A stretch of DNA of 64,000 nucleotides from an uncultured bacterium (GTDB lineage Bacteria > Auribacterota > Erginobacteria > Erginobacterales > Erginobacteraceae). Made by a program: the position numbers and the translations under genes. The stretch is from NCBI GenBank assembly GCA_963822585.1, contig CAWGIE010000047.1:32001-96000 (forward strand), in the 5' to 3' direction. Positions 10,580-21,716 of the stretch are shown piece after piece (the first letter of the stretch is position 1; every line of letters starts with the position of its first letter). The notes beneath the pieces were generated by a model. It saw only the letters and a list, made by a program, of their open reading frames with translations, was not told where the DNA came from and did no database searches.

Positions 10580-10993
10580 ATGCTGAAAAAGATATTCGGA
10601 AAAGCGGCGTCCTGGGCGCCTTTCTTCCTGCGGCTGGCGCTGGGGGCGATCTTCATCGCCCACGGGTCCCAGAAACTTTTCGGGGCTTTCGGCGGCCCGG
10701 GACTGAAGGGGTTTGCCGGATTTCTGGGAACGATGGGGCTGAAACCGGCCCTGGCCTGGGCGGTGCTGGTGGGGGCGGTCGAGTTTTTGGGCGGCATCTG
10801 CCTCCTCCTGGGAGTCCAGACCCGTCTCGCCGCTCTCTTCCTCGGGATCAACATGGTCATGGCCATCCTGTTCGTTCACCTCGGCCACGGCCTTTTCACC
10901 AGCAATCATGGTTTCGAGTTCCCCCTGGCTCTTCTTTCCGCCTGCATCAGCCTGCTTTTGACCGGCGGCGGCCGCGCCGCCCTCAGAGAATGA
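10580..10993 (+). CDS. DoxX family membrane protein
   Basis: LRLALG..FIAHGSQKLFG, VEFLGG, GFEFPL; AAGGAG RBS. Confidence 0.9.
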   Translation: MLKKIFGKAASWAPFFLRLALGAIFIAHGSQKLFGAFGGPGLKGFAGFLGTMGLKPALAWAVLVGAVEFLGGICLLLGVQTRLAALFLGINMVMAILFVHLGHGLFTSNHGFEFPLALLSACISLLLTGGGRAALRE

Positions 10994-11960
10994 TTCGTCG
11001 CCTGTTCGCGGCGCGGGGGGGAGCGTTTCGGCCGGCACGGCCGCGTTGCTCCTCGCACTTCCCGCGCTCGCCGGTGAGGGATACGGCCCGGTCGAGATCG
11101 CCCCCCGGGAGTGGGGGGCCTATCAGGCGCGCCTCCCCGACGATGACGCCGTCCGCTGGAGCGCGAACTGGGTCCTGGAGCGGGTGGATACGGCTCCCCC
11201 GGCGAAGTATACCGTCCGCGACGAACTGCGGGGCCGGTTCGAGGGCGACGACCGGGAGCAGACCCGGATCACCGAGGCCGAGTTCGTCCTCGACCGGGGC
11301 CGGATCAGGATGCGGCATTCCCTGCTCACGGTTCGGGATCCCGGAGACGGCGTCCTCTTTATTCTGGAGAAAGAGTTCGATCGCACCAAAGGCGAAGTCC
11401 GGACCCGGGCCGTCTATCCGCGGGAAGGGAAAACGGAACGGGAGACGTTTGAGCTGGGAGATCGGTTGGTCGATACCAAGGAGATCGTCTCTTTTCTCCG
11501 GGGATTTCCCTTTCCTCCGCCGGAGGAGGCGGAGAACGAGGACGCGGAGATGGAGATCACCCTTCTCAACGAGTCCCCGGACACCTATTCGGTCCTGATC
11601 GCCTGCGAGGGGATCGAGGAGGTAGAGACGCCGGCGGGGACGTTCCCCTGCTACAAACTGCGCCTGGTTCCCGATCTGGGCATTCTCACCTTCCTGGGGA
11701 AAATCCTGGCCCCCGACATCTACATGTGGTTTACCGTTTCCCCGCCTCATTTCTGGGTCAGGTACCGGGGGTTGGAGGGGGACCTGGGGACCCCGTCAGT
11801 GGTCTCGGAACTGGTCGAGTTCCATACCGCGCCGGCCCCCGGGACCCCCTCCACTGCCAATTCCCTCAGGGGAACTCCCGGTGTTCCGGGAAGGGAACCC
11901 GTCCCGCGCGGCCGGCCCGGAAGATCGCCTGCCGGAACAGGTGCGCCGCCGGCGCCCTGA
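10990..11960 (+). CDS. Secreted DUF3108-like protein; frameshifted in a G7 tract
   Basis: EEVETPAGTFPCYKL motif; adding one G at 11015-11021 joins ATG 10990 to the 11046 frame and gives a signal peptide. Confidence 0.6.
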
Positions 11961-12063
11961 CCGCCGCGGTCGCGAACAGTTCCCGGCCGCAGATTCCCCT
12001 TTCCCCGATCCCCGGAACCCGGTAGTATAAGGAAGTAAACCGACAATCGGGATCAACGACGCC

Positions 12064-12480
12064 ATGAAAAAATCTATTCCTTTCCTGATGCTGGTCCTTC
12101 TTCTCGGCGCCGGTTGCGCGAGCGCGCCCGTGGCCGAGAGAAACACCGCCACTCCGGCCGAGGCCCTGATCGGGCACTGGCGGATGTCCGACGGTTCGGG
12201 AGAGGTATATTTTACTCCCGGCGGCGACTACCGGTTTATCGATCGCGACGGGAACACGGGCTCCGCGTCCTACCGGGTCATCGACCAGGATTCAGCCCAG
12301 AGGAGGATCGTGACCGTGATCCGCCTGCGGGAGCTGGGCGGGGAAGCGGTGGAGGAGTCGGCCGAGATGATGGTGGAAGGAACCTTCTCGCCCGATTACA
12401 CGGTTCATTCCGGAGAGAGTATCCGGGAAGGCGGGGTCTCCACCGGATCGTTCACCATGGAGTATCTCGGCGAAGAGTGA
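12064..12480 (+). CDS. Lipoprotein, hypothetical
   Basis: MKKSIPFLMLVLLLGAG-C lipobox. Confidence 0.75.
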   Translation: MKKSIPFLMLVLLLGAGCASAPVAERNTATPAEALIGHWRMSDGSGEVYFTPGGDYRFIDRDGNTGSASYRVIDQDSAQRRIVTVIRLRELGGEAVEESAEMMVEGTFSPDYTVHSGESIREGGVSTGSFTMEYLGEE

Positions 12481-12496
12481 GGGAGGGGACGATCGC

Positions 12497-12769
12497 ATGA
12501 AAGACGATCTGGAGTGTTTCCGGTGCGGCAGCCGGCGGGTGGCGAAGGGCCGGGTCATCGGCCACCGGGGATACAAGCCGCGCTTCCTGCCCAACAGGAC
12601 CAGGTTCCTGAAGCTCTCACTCTCCACCCCTTTTCTGAAAGTGGAGTACGAGTCATTTGTCTGCGCGGACTGCGGCCTTTTCTGGTCGGTGACCGATGCC
12701 CCGGCAGCGAAGGAAAAGATAAAAAAATGGGGTACGGCCGAGCTGAAGAACCGCCTCGACCTCCGGTAA
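12497..12769 (+). CDS. Small zinc-ribbon protein
   Basis: CxxC...CxxC (CFRC, CADC); GGAGG RBS. Confidence 0.7.
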   Translation: MKDDLECFRCGSRRVAKGRVIGHRGYKPRFLPNRTRFLKLSLSTPFLKVEYESFVCADCGLFWSVTDAPAAKEKIKKWGTAELKNRLDLR

Positions 12770-13022
12770 TCAGTGATCGGTAATCAGTGATCAGTGGCTG
12801 AAAAACTGAACGTTCAAGGAAAACAGTTATCAGTGATCAGTAATCGGTGACCGGTAACTGAAAAACTGAACGTTCAACGTTCAACGCTCAACGTCCAACG
12901 TTCAACGTAATTGGGGCCGGGGCGGGGGAGACTTTACGTATTCAATCACATCCAATCGTCTGTTTCAAAAGGGGGCGAGGCGGGGGAACTTCGAACTTTA
13001 GGCACTTTGAACTTCAGACTTT
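12766..13022. repeat. Intergenic repeat mosaic (CAGTGAT/GGTAATC and AACGTTC heptamers, ATTCAATCACATCCAATCGTCTGTTT block)
   Basis: Blocks recur (reverse-complemented) at 30000-30300, 38230-38320 and 44630-44700. Confidence 0.8.
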
Positions 13023-13026
13023 CTCT

Positions 13027-16000
13027 CTACCGGGTGACCGGGATATCGCCGTCGGCGCCGAAGTAGGCCCGCCGGCCGCCCGGCATCGCCCAGAGACCGG
13101 ACGCTCCCCGGAAGATGCCTCCCTCGTCGACCGAATCGCCGTTGTAATCGGCGGCCACCGGCTGGTCGGAGCAGTTCCCGAAGTAGCTCCGGGTTACCCC
13201 CTTGATCGCCCATAGTCCCTGCGCGGCCCGGAAGACGGCCGCTCTCCAGGTCCCGTCCCCGCTGTAATCGCCGGGGACGGGCCAGTCACCCTCGGCTCCG
13301 AAGTAAACCCGGCTCACCCCTTTCAGGGCCCAGAGGCCGGCACCGGGCCGGAAAATACCCGGCGTCAGCGCCCCCGCTCCCGAGTAGTCCCCGGGGAGCG
13401 GTAGGTCGTCGGCCGTCCCGAAATAGGCCCGGGTGACCCCCTTGACCGCCCAGAGGCCGGAAGCGCTCCGGAATATCCCCGGGTCACAGAAGCCGTCCCC
13501 GTCATAGTCGCCGGGGACGGGAATATCGGCTCCGCTCCCGAAATAGAGGCGGGTGACCCCCTTGACCGCCCAGAGGCCGGAGTTGCCCCGGAAGACGGCG
13601 ATCGCCGTCGTCCCCGCCCCGGCGTAATCCCCGGCCACCGGCATATCGTCGGTGCCGCCGAAATAGACCCGGGTGATCCCTCGTACGGCCCAGAGGCCGG
13701 CTCCCTCCCGGAAGACGGCGATGTCGTCGGTGCCGTCCCCGTCAAAGTCTCCCGTCGCTCCGGCCCGGTGCCGGTAGGGTTCCCCCGGCCCGCAGGTGGG
13801 GGAAGCGTCCGGTGTCGGGGAAGGAGTGGGTGACGCGGTGGAAGAGGGACTGGGGGTCGGGGTCGGGGAGGGGGAGGGACTGGAGGTCGGGGTTCGGGAC
13901 GGGGAAGGCGAGGCAGTGGGCGCCGGGGTTGCCGAGGGTGCCGGGGTAGCCGTGGGCGAAGGTGAAGCGGTTGGGGCCGGTGTCGGGTTGGGGGTGAGAG
14001 TGGAGGAGGGGGCGGGGGTGGCCGTGGCGCTGGGGGAGGGCGAGGGCGTCGCCGTCGGAATCGGGGAAGGGGTGACGGTCGGTGTCGCCGTCGGCGTCGG
14101 TTCGTAAACGAAGGGGTCCCCGTTGACCGTGGTCCCCGGGGAGTACAGGCTTCCTCCCGATCCTTCAAGCTCCGAGTGCAGATAGAAGAAGCCCCGTTTC
14201 TCGGGATACCGGTTCAGCGACTGGTCCAGACCGCCGTTTATCCCGTAAGTCACCGAGTCGTAGACATAATCTCCGTCCCGGAGGGTGACCGTATCGCCGG
14301 AGTTATTCAGGCCAAGGCCGTAGCCGCCGGAATTCGCGGTATCCCAGGCTGCTCCCCCGAAATCTCCGGTGGGGGTCCCGCCCCCGAAGATGACGACCGC
14401 TTTTCCGGGCGGGACTTCAAACGTGCTCACAAACGTGTAGCGGACCAAGTAGCTGTCGCTCAGGGTGCAGCCGCCCAAATCGACGGTATGGTTCGTCCAG
14501 TTGACCAGTTCCACGAACTCGTCCTCCCCGCCGTCCCGGTAGCCGTCACCGTTGGCGTCGCCCGCCAGTCCGTAGGCCGGATCGGCGTGGATCTCGTTGA
14601 TCACCACGTCCCCCTCCGGCGGCGCCGGCGTCAGCGTGGTCGTCGGCGCCGGGGACGGGGTGGCGGTGGGGGTCGGGGTGACGGTGGGGGAGGGTGTCGG
14701 CGTGACCGAGGCGGTCGGGGTGGGGGAGGGGGTGGCGGACGGCGTCGGGGAGGGGGTGAGGCTGGGTGTGATCGTGGGCGGCGGGTCCCCGTAATCGCTG
14801 GTCGTCGAGATTGTCCAGTCGGCCGCGCAGTTATGGTCGTCGTAGGTCAGTCTCTGGGCGTAGCCGTTGTTGATGTTGCCGGCCGCCGGCCCCTGGTCGG
14901 TGGTGCTGAATACCCCGTCACCCTGCTCCGGATCGCCCCATTGCTTCTTGGAGATCAGGTCGTTTCCGTCGGCAACCTCTCCCGCAATCATTGAACCGTC
15001 GTCGTTCGACCAGCAGAGAGCATCGAGGATATTCGCCCCGGCGGGATCGGTGGAATTCTCGGTGGTGATGATGAACTGATCGTCGGAGCTGGAGAGGGAG
15101 AGCGCGAGTGTGTTCTCGTACACGTCCCAGAGGCCGTTCGCTCCCTTTCCGCTGGAGTCGTTCTCGGAGGTCCCGGCCGCGTCGTGGATGATCAGGACAT
15201 CTCCGGTCACCATGGTCAGGGGGCCGTTGTCGGCGATGGGGAAGACGGCATCGTGATCGGTCATGTAGATCGTGGAGAGATCGGCACTCCCCAGTTTCAT
15301 CGAGAGCTCGACCCAGGGGTGCCCCAGGGGCTGGTCCTGGTCGATGGCTGCTTCCGTGATCAGGAGCTGGTAGCCCTCGTCCGCGTAGTGGTTGGTCAGC
15401 CCCGGTTCCGTGATGTCGTTCCCTCCCTCCCGGTCCACCGTGTCCACTGTGTAGGTAACGCCGTTGGTATAAAGATAGACGTGCCGGTTGCTGGTAAAAC
15501 AGTAGGCCATGGTCTCCGGCGCCCAGTCGGGATCCCCCACGTCGCCCGGATTGAGCCGGATGATCCGCTGGTCCAGGTGCTCCACCGCGGCCTGGAAGTG
15601 CTCCACGGTCGTCCTCCTCGGATGACCGTATCCGTTGCTCCAGACCGGGATGACCGCCACCTCGGGATCCATCTTCAGGCAGTAGGCCGCGCTGCTGATG
15701 CCGTTGGTTTCCGCCCCGTGGTGGTCGACCAGGCAGACGTCGGGGTCGCGGCCGAGGTCGTCGACGATGACGCTGGCGGCCGCCGATTCCGTGTCGCCCT
15801 CGGCGTCGGAGCCGAGGTAGAGATCGAAGCCGCCGTAAGTGATGAGCGCCGTGATTGATTTTTCGTTCTCGGTGACCCCGGAGGTGATATTGGGCCGGTT
15901 ATAGACATAGATGGTGTTGTCTTCGGCGTCGGCGTAATCGGGAGCGCCCCGGGTGAGGAAGGTGAGCGTCGCCCCGTCGCCGAGGTCTATCGCGCCCGCC

Positions 16001-16437
16001 GGCCCCAGGGCGGGGATGGCCCGTTTCGGGTTCCCGTTGACGATAGCATAATAGTCGGAGGGGATGCTGCCGCCGTGTTTCACGGTGCCGCCGCGGTCGT
16101 AATAAGTGCCGAAGTGGGAATCGCCGCCCAGCAGGTCGGAGAGAACGTCCAGTCCGCCGCAGTGGTCGGCGTCATAGTGCCCGGCTATCGCGTAATCAAT
16201 GTGGGTAATGCCGAGTTCGCTCAAAAGATCGTAGAGGTACCAGGCCGAGTTGTATACGTACATCTCGTCGTAGAGGACGGTCGTCCCGTTCGGCCCCCGG
16301 ATCAGGGTGCAGGTCCCGGAATTCCCGTTCGCCCAGACGAACCAGACCTCGAGAATGTCCCCGGCGAAGGCAGCGGTCGGTAACAACAATAAAATGACAA
16401 CCGCCGCCGCGGCTAAAATTTCCGTGAATCGTTTCAT
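13027..16437 (-). CDS. Secreted modular protein: MBL-fold (ComEC/Rec2-like) hydrolase, lamin-tail domain(s), Pro/Thr linkers, six FG-GAP-like repeats ending DIPVTR
   Basis: Signal peptide; [10 protein letters not shown] and DHHG metal motifs; [10 protein letters not shown]...EFVEL lamin-tail domain; 6 x 40-aa repeats. Confidence 0.85.
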   Translation of the reverse strand: MKRFTEILAAAAVVILLLLPTAAFAGDILEVWFVWANGNSGTCTLIRGPNGTTVLYDEMYVYNSAWYLYDLLSELGITHIDYAIAGHYDADHCGGLDVLSDLLGGDSHFGTYYDRGGTVKHGGSIPSDYYAIVNGNPKRAIPALGPAGAIDLGDGATLTFLTRGAPDYADAEDNTIYVYNRPNITSGVTENEKSITALITYGGFDLYLGSDAEGDTESAAASVIVDDLGRDPDVCLVDHHGAETNGISSAAYCLKMDPEVAVIPVWSNGYGHPRRTTVEHFQAAVEHLDQRIIRLNPGDVGDPDWAPETMAYCFTSNRHVYLYTNGVTYTVDTVDREGGNDITEPGLTNHYADEGYQLLITEAAIDQDQPLGHPWVELSMKLGSADLSTIYMTDHDAVFPIADNGPLTMVTGDVLIIHDAAGTSENDSSGKGANGLWDVYENTLALSLSSSDDQFIITTENSTDPAGANILDALCWSNDDGSMIAGEVADGNDLISKKQWGDPEQGDGVFSTTDQGPAAGNINNGYAQRLTYDDHNCAADWTISTTSDYGDPPPTITPSLTPSPTPSATPSPTPTASVTPTPSPTVTPTPTATPSPAPTTTLTPAPPEGDVVINEIHADPAYGLAGDANGDGYRDGGEDEFVELVNWTNHTVDLGGCTLSDSYLVRYTFVSTFEVPPGKAVVIFGGGTPTGDFGGAAWDTANSGGYGLGLNNSGDTVTLRDGDYVYDSVTYGINGGLDQSLNRYPEKRGFFYLHSELEGSGGSLYSPGTTVNGDPFVYEPTPTATPTVTPSPIPTATPSPSPSATATPAPSSTLTPNPTPAPTASPSPTATPAPSATPAPTASPSPSRTPTSSPSPSPTPTPSPSSTASPTPSPTPDASPTCGPGEPYRHRAGATGDFDGDGTDDIAVFREGAGLWAVRGITRVYFGGTDDMPVAGDYAGAGTTAIAVFRGNSGLWAVKGVTRLYFGSGADIPVPGDYDGDGFCDPGIFRSASGLWAVKGVTRAYFGTADDLPLPGDYSGAGALTPGIFRPGAGLWALKGVSRVYFGAEGDWPVPGDYSGDGTWRAAVFRAAQGLWAIKGVTRSYFGNCSDQPVAADYNGDSVDEGGIFRGASGLWAMPGGRRAYFGADGDIPVTR

Positions 16438-16512
16438 GAAGTGCGGGTTAGCGCCTCCGGCGCGACTTCGTAGTGCAGGACTTCAGTCCTGCTCCGTTCG
16501 GGCAGGGCTAAA

Positions 16513-16660
16513 GAGGCTGTCAGATAAACCTGTTTTTGTGGGTTTGTTCTGGTAGCCGCACCTTTTAAGGTGCGCAATCATTTGACTGTCAAACAGGTGT
16601 ATTCTCACAAACGCAGGTTAAAACCCGCGGCTACCAGAAACAGGTTTATCGGACAGCCTC
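16513..16660. mobile_element. MITE-like element with 23-bp terminal inverted repeats, inserted in a REP-like hairpin
   Basis: GAGGCTGTCAGATAAACCTGTTT / AAACAGGTTTATCGGACAGCCTC (1 mismatch), flanked by duplicated TAAA; contains an internal GTAGCCGC...GCGGCTAC pair. Confidence 0.75.
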
Positions 16661-17199
16661 TAAAGCCCCGCGCGATAAATTCCGAAGCAGCAAAATGAAG
16701 CTTTCGTCGCCCCTGGTATGTAAAGTTATAAGAGGAAGGCGTAAGGAGGTTTTCCCCTTTATAGATCTCACTCTCCGCTTAACATAAGGACGTCTAAATC
16801 AATACACGATAACATATCAGATAAAAATCCCGGTGTCAATCCGATGAATGCCGGTAAAAGACGATAGAGAAGGGGCCCGTTCTCCTGTCGGGGAGTTCCC
16901 GGACCCTGATTATCGATTTCGGATTAGGCGGATAAGAACATCAAGAGCCCTGATGCCGCGGGCCGCCCCCCCGGTATTATGCTGGTTAGTCGAGGAATCA
17001 TATGATATGATAAAGCAACGGCGATCCCTCTACTCTTAGACTCTCGTATCTGATTATAGTTCATAAACCGTCCCTATTATTGCCGGCGGGTTTTTCCCGG
17101 GGATTATCCGGGTAGAATGAACAGCGGATGTTCTTCTTCACGGGTTGACATATTGTGTCGGGTAATAGGCGGTAAAGGAAACGGGAAGGGGAGGTGAGG

Positions 17200-18234
17200 A
17201 TGGTGAAAAAGATAGCATTCGGTCTGGTGATAGTGTTTGGTCTGTCTTCCGGATTGGTTTCTCCGGCGGCCGATTTCAACGGCGACGGCACCAACGATAT
17301 CGGGGTGTACCGCGGCGGGCTCTGGGCGGTCCGCAACGTTACCCGGCTCTACTTCGGCGGCGCCGCGGACGATCCGGTCCCCGGGGACTACAATGGCGAC
17401 GGGGTCATGGATTTCGGACTCTTCCTGGCGGCGAGCGGCCGCTGGGCGGTGCGGGACGTGACCAGGGTCTATTACGGTTCGGGCGGCGAACCCCTCCCGG
17501 GGATCATGCTCGGCGGCGGCGGGGGGAGTCTCTGGGGAACGCTGGGCGGCAACGTCTACCGCACGTCGGGCAAGGTCGGGATCGGGACCAGTGTCCCCGG
17601 CTCCGCGCTGGATGTCGAGGACGACGTGCTCGGCTATGTGGCCGAGTTCGTCAACACCCATGGAACATCCAACAGCTCCGGGATACTTGTTCAGGCCGGG
17701 AGTTACGGTGCCGGTGGGAGCGGCAGTTTGATAGATTTTCAGAACGGCCTCGGCGCCTTAATCGGCGATATCGAAGTTTCCGGGAATGATGTTGTTTATA
17801 ATAACTTCACCGGCGGCCACCCGGCATCTATTTCAGGCGAAGCTGCCGACGTCGGTTATCCCTACGGGACCGTGATGAGGTTGAAGAAGACCGTCTCCCC
17901 TCACGAACAATCCCACCAGGTTGGTTACGTGGTTGAACCGTCCACCCGGCCTTACGATAAATCTGTTTTTGGGATTTATTCCAACCGGAAGGCAAGTGGC
18001 AAGAATCTCCATAATATCTTGACGGTCGGCGACGGCCGCATCCTGGTCACGAAGGAAGGCGGGGACATCGAGGTCGGGGATTATCTCACCACCTCCAGTA
18101 AAGAAGGGCACGCGATGAAGCAGTACGATGACCTTCTCCACGGCTACACCGTGGCCAAGGCCCAGGAGCCGGTCCGGTGGGGGGAAGAGAAATCCGAAAG
18201 CAAGCTGATCGCCTGCACCTATCACGCGCAGTAG
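17200..18234 (+). CDS. Secreted fibre/adhesin-like protein: 2 N-terminal FG-GAP-like repeats, GKVGIGT motif, C-terminal chaperone-like (peptidase G2-type) region
   Basis: Signal peptide; DFNGDG...GLWAVRNVTRLYFG x2; GKVGIGTSVPGSALDV; GGDIEVGDYLTTSS..GHAMKQ. Confidence 0.65.
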   Translation: MVKKIAFGLVIVFGLSSGLVSPAADFNGDGTNDIGVYRGGLWAVRNVTRLYFGGAADDPVPGDYNGDGVMDFGLFLAASGRWAVRDVTRVYYGSGGEPLPGIMLGGGGGSLWGTLGGNVYRTSGKVGIGTSVPGSALDVEDDVLGYVAEFVNTHGTSNSSGILVQAGSYGAGGSGSLIDFQNGLGALIGDIEVSGNDVVYNNFTGGHPASISGEAADVGYPYGTVMRLKKTVSPHEQSHQVGYVVEPSTRPYDKSVFGIYSNRKASGKNLHNILTVGDGRILVTKEGGDIEVGDYLTTSSKEGHAMKQYDDLLHGYTVAKAQEPVRWGEEKSESKLIACTYHAQ

Positions 18235-18239
18235 TAAAG

Positions 18240-18475
18240 CAGGGGGAAGGGATAAGGGGTAAGGGGTAAGGGGACAGGGTTCAGGGTTCAGGGGACGGCG
18301 GGGGATGAAAAACCGAACATCGAACGTTCAACGTCGAACGTCGAACTTTTGCGCCCGGTTCCCCTCATATTCAATCACATCCAATCGTCTGTTTCAAAAG
18401 GGGGCGAGGCGGGGGATCATTTGTGTAATCCTTCGGCTACGCTCAGGACAAGTTTCGCGTAATTCGTAGTTTAAA
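18240..18475. repeat. Intergenic repeat mosaic (G-rich heptamers, AACGTYG tract, CCTTCGGCTACGCTCAGG hairpin)
   Basis: Directly visible; reverse-complement copies at 37950-38005 and 30075-30180. Confidence 0.75.
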
Positions 18476-18644
18476 AAGAGGGGGATCAATCAGAGACCCC
18501 GCAAAGTGTCTTTGGCACCGCGGGGTGAAAAATTTGTGAAATCTCTGGACCGAATAGGGGCCGCGGTAGAGGGATAGACGGCAAGGTTTAACGCATTCGG
18601 CAAACCGGGAACTGCCTGCTGCCCGCGGGAAAGGTGCGTAAAAG

Positions 18645-21600
18645 GTGTCATCATCTTTCCGAAGTGTTGCATTCATCCGCTGCCTTCTTCCGGGGATTTT
18701 TCTCTTTCTCCCCCCCCCGGCTGCACAGGGTTCTCCCCGGTATCTGAGAACCAACCAGGTGGGCTATCTCCCTTCCGATACCAAAGTCGCGGTCGCCTTC
18801 TCCAACGATGATATCTCGGCGGTCAATTTCGCATTGATCGACGCAGCCACCGGCGAGACCGTCTTCGGGCCCCGGAGCATGGGGCCGGACAGCGGGAGTT
18901 ATTGCGCTTTCAGCCATACGTACCGCCCCGATTTTTCCGCCTTCACCGGATGCGGGTCTTTCAAAATCTCTCTGGCCGACGGGAGCGCGGAGTCCTCATA
19001 TTTCACGATCTCTCCCGATGTCTATCGGGGGACCCAGGAAGAAATCCTTTCTTATCTGCGGTCGCAGCGCTGCGGTGACAACCCCTTTCTCTCCGCGGTC
19101 TGCCATACCCACCCGGAGTCGGCAACCGACGGGGACGCCTGGAAAGTCGATACCGGCGGTTTTATCGACCTGTCGGGGGGATGGCACGACGCGGCGGATT
19201 ACATCAAGTTCCTCCTCACCGTCAGCGACGTTCTCGACCTGACGCTCTTCACCTACCGGGAAAACCGGGGAAAATTCGCCGATAATTACCTCTCCGACGG
19301 CACCCCCGGCTCCAACGGGATCCCGGACATACTGGACGAGGCGAAGTACGGGCTTGACTGGGTATTGAAACTGAAGTCGGTCCCGGGAAAACTTTATTAT
19401 CAGGTGGGGGGAGAGGCCGACCATTACTCGGGATGGCGCCTCCCCCAGGATGACAACACCGATTACGGGTATGCCGGCTACCGCCCCGCCTATCAGGGGA
19501 TCGGGGCCAATATCGCCGGCCGCTCGGCGGCCGCCTTTGCCATGGCTTACTTGATCTGGAAGAACGATCTCGGCGACGACGCCTATGCCGCCGCCTGCTG
19601 GTCCGCGGCCACTGAACTTTATTCCCTGGCCTGGAGCAATCTCACCGCCCGGGATACCGATCCCTCCTGGTTCTACGATGAGACGTTCTTCTACGATGAC
19701 CTGGAACTGGCCGGGGTCGAGATGTACAAGGCGAGCGGGGAATTTAATTACCTCACCGAGGCGATTTACTGCAGTTCCCTGGCCGGTTCTTCCTGGGGAT
19801 GGTTCGATTGGGGGAATATCCACTCGCTTGCCCACTACGAGCTTTATCCCCACGCCGACTACGCCACCCAGAGCCAGCTGCAAACCTATCTCCAACAGGA
19901 TCTGGACAGCAATCTGAGCCGGGCGTTGTCCAACCCGTTTCGGGTCTCCACCACCTATGGGTGGGGATCGGCGGCGGTCATGACCGGGACGGTGGTCATG
20001 TGCGACTTTTATAAAAAACTTTTTCCCGGTGAGACGGCCTATGACGCGCTCCATGACGAGGTGCGGGATTATATCCTGGGAAGGAACCAGTGGGGGGTCT
20101 CCTGGGTGACGGGGCTGGGGGATAACTATACCCGGGACCCCCACAGCCAGGTCGCCGACATTACCGGGACCGCTATTTACGGCACCTGCATTGAAGGGCC
20201 GATGGCGCGCTCGACCTGGAACGCCATGGGGATATCGCTGAAGGATCCGGACGAGTATGCCGCCTTCCAGTCCGGCACCGCCGTTTACCATGACGACGTC
20301 AACGACTGGGCCACCAACGAACCGACGATCTGGCAGGCGTCACTCACCCTCTGCATGTTATCCGACCAGGCCCCGGCCAGTCCGACCCCGTCCTGTTCGC
20401 CGGTTCCGGTCCCCTCATGTTCATTGCCCCCATCCCCCTCTTGCTCGCCGACCCCGACGCCAGCCCCCTCGTGTTCGCTGACCCCGCCACCAGCCCCCTC
20501 GTCTTCGCCGACTCCGCCCCCCTCTTGCTCGCCGACCCCGCCGGTCATCCCGGCGGGGACAACGACGCCGAGCCCTTCGCCTTCCGCCCCGGCCAGTGCG
20601 ACTCCCACTCTCCCCCCGACGGCCACCCCGTCGCCCGTTCCCACCTACAGCTGTATACCGATTGGGCCCGGGGTCGGGCCCGCTCAAGTTACTTTGACCG
20701 ACGATGTGCCCCTGGCGATGGTCACGTATGGCTGTAACTGGTGTATTGATATCTGCAGCTGGACCGTCACCACAAAACCGGAGTGGGTAGACGCCGAGCC
20801 CGATTCGGGCTCCGGGCCCGGCTATACTCAGTATCCGGTCATGCTTTCCGCGGGAAATGTCTCGTCTTTGCCTTACGGAGTTACTTCCGATCGGGTATGG
20901 TTTCACTGCGAAGTCTGTTCCGGGCCGGAAGCGGACAGCAGCGTTCTGGTCAGCTATTACAAGATTGACCCCAACCTGATGGCCCATTCCGGGGATTACG
21001 ACGGCGACGGCAGCGCGGAGATCGCCGTCTTCCGGCCGGCCACGGGATTATGGGCGATCAGGGGGTTGAGCAGATTCTACTTCGGTGAGAACGGTGATAT
21101 ACCGGTCCCGGGAGATTATGACGGGGATGCCCGGTCGGAGGCTGCTGTCTTTCGGGAAAACAGCGGCCTCTGGTCGGTCCGCGGCCTCACCCGCGCTTAT
21201 CTGGGCCGGGATGACGATATCCCGGCCCCCGGCGACTACGACGGAGACGAAATCTGTGAGTTTGCCGTCTTCCGGGAAACAACCGGCCTCTGGGCTGTCC
21301 GGGGGGTGACTCGATGTTATTTCGGGCGCCCCGGCGACCTGCCGGTCGCGGGCGATTACGCGGGGGAGGGGACCGAAGCGATTGCCGTCTTCCGGTCCGC
21401 CGGCGGCCTCTGGGCGGTAAGGAGCGACAGCCGGATATATTTCGGAAGAGAAGGAGACCGGGCCGTACCGGGCGATTACACCGGGAGCGGCAATTCCACG
21501 GTGGGAATATTCCGGCCGTCTTCCGGCCTCTGGGCGATCCGGGGGGTAACGAGATCTTATTTCGGCCGGACGGGGGACCGGCCCTCTCCCGCTGATTACG

Positions 21601-21716
21601 ATGGGGCTGCGCTGGATCGGTTCGGCATATTCCGGGGCCTTTCCGGTCTCTGGGCGATCAAGGGACGCTCACGGGTTTATTTCGGGAGTTCAGGAGATAT
21701 CCCGGTCACTCGCTGA
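18645..21716 (+). CDS. Glycoside hydrolase family 9 with N-terminal Ig-like domain, P/S/T linker and six FG-GAP-like repeats ending DIPVTR
   Basis: NQVGY, DLSGGWHDAADYIKF, DYILGRN, YHDDVNDWATNEPTI. Confidence 0.9.
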   Translation: MSSSFRSVAFIRCLLPGIFLFLPPPAAQGSPRYLRTNQVGYLPSDTKVAVAFSNDDISAVNFALIDAATGETVFGPRSMGPDSGSYCAFSHTYRPDFSAFTGCGSFKISLADGSAESSYFTISPDVYRGTQEEILSYLRSQRCGDNPFLSAVCHTHPESATDGDAWKVDTGGFIDLSGGWHDAADYIKFLLTVSDVLDLTLFTYRENRGKFADNYLSDGTPGSNGIPDILDEAKYGLDWVLKLKSVPGKLYYQVGGEADHYSGWRLPQDDNTDYGYAGYRPAYQGIGANIAGRSAAAFAMAYLIWKNDLGDDAYAAACWSAATELYSLAWSNLTARDTDPSWFYDETFFYDDLELAGVEMYKASGEFNYLTEAIYCSSLAGSSWGWFDWGNIHSLAHYELYPHADYATQSQLQTYLQQDLDSNLSRALSNPFRVSTTYGWGSAAVMTGTVVMCDFYKKLFPGETAYDALHDEVRDYILGRNQWGVSWVTGLGDNYTRDPHSQVADITGTAIYGTCIEGPMARSTWNAMGISLKDPDEYAAFQSGTAVYHDDVNDWATNEPTIWQASLTLCMLSDQAPASPTPSCSPVPVPSCSLPPSPSCSPTPTPAPSCSLTPPPAPSSSPTPPPSCSPTPPVIPAGTTTPSPSPSAPASATPTLPPTATPSPVPTYSCIPIGPGVGPAQVTLTDDVPLAMVTYGCNWCIDICSWTVTTKPEWVDAEPDSGSGPGYTQYPVMLSAGNVSSLPYGVTSDRVWFHCEVCSGPEADSSVLVSYYKIDPNLMAHSGDYDGDGSAEIAVFRPATGLWAIRGLSRFYFGENGDIPVPGDYDGDARSEAAVFRENSGLWSVRGLTRAYLGRDDDIPAPGDYDGDEICEFAVFRETTGLWAVRGVTRCYFGRPGDLPVAGDYAGEGTEAIAVFRSAGGLWAVRSDSRIYFGREGDRAVPGDYTGSGNSTVGIFRPSSGLWAIRGVTRSYFGRTGDRPSPADYDGAALDRFGIFRGLSGLWAIKGRSRVYFGSSGDIPVTR

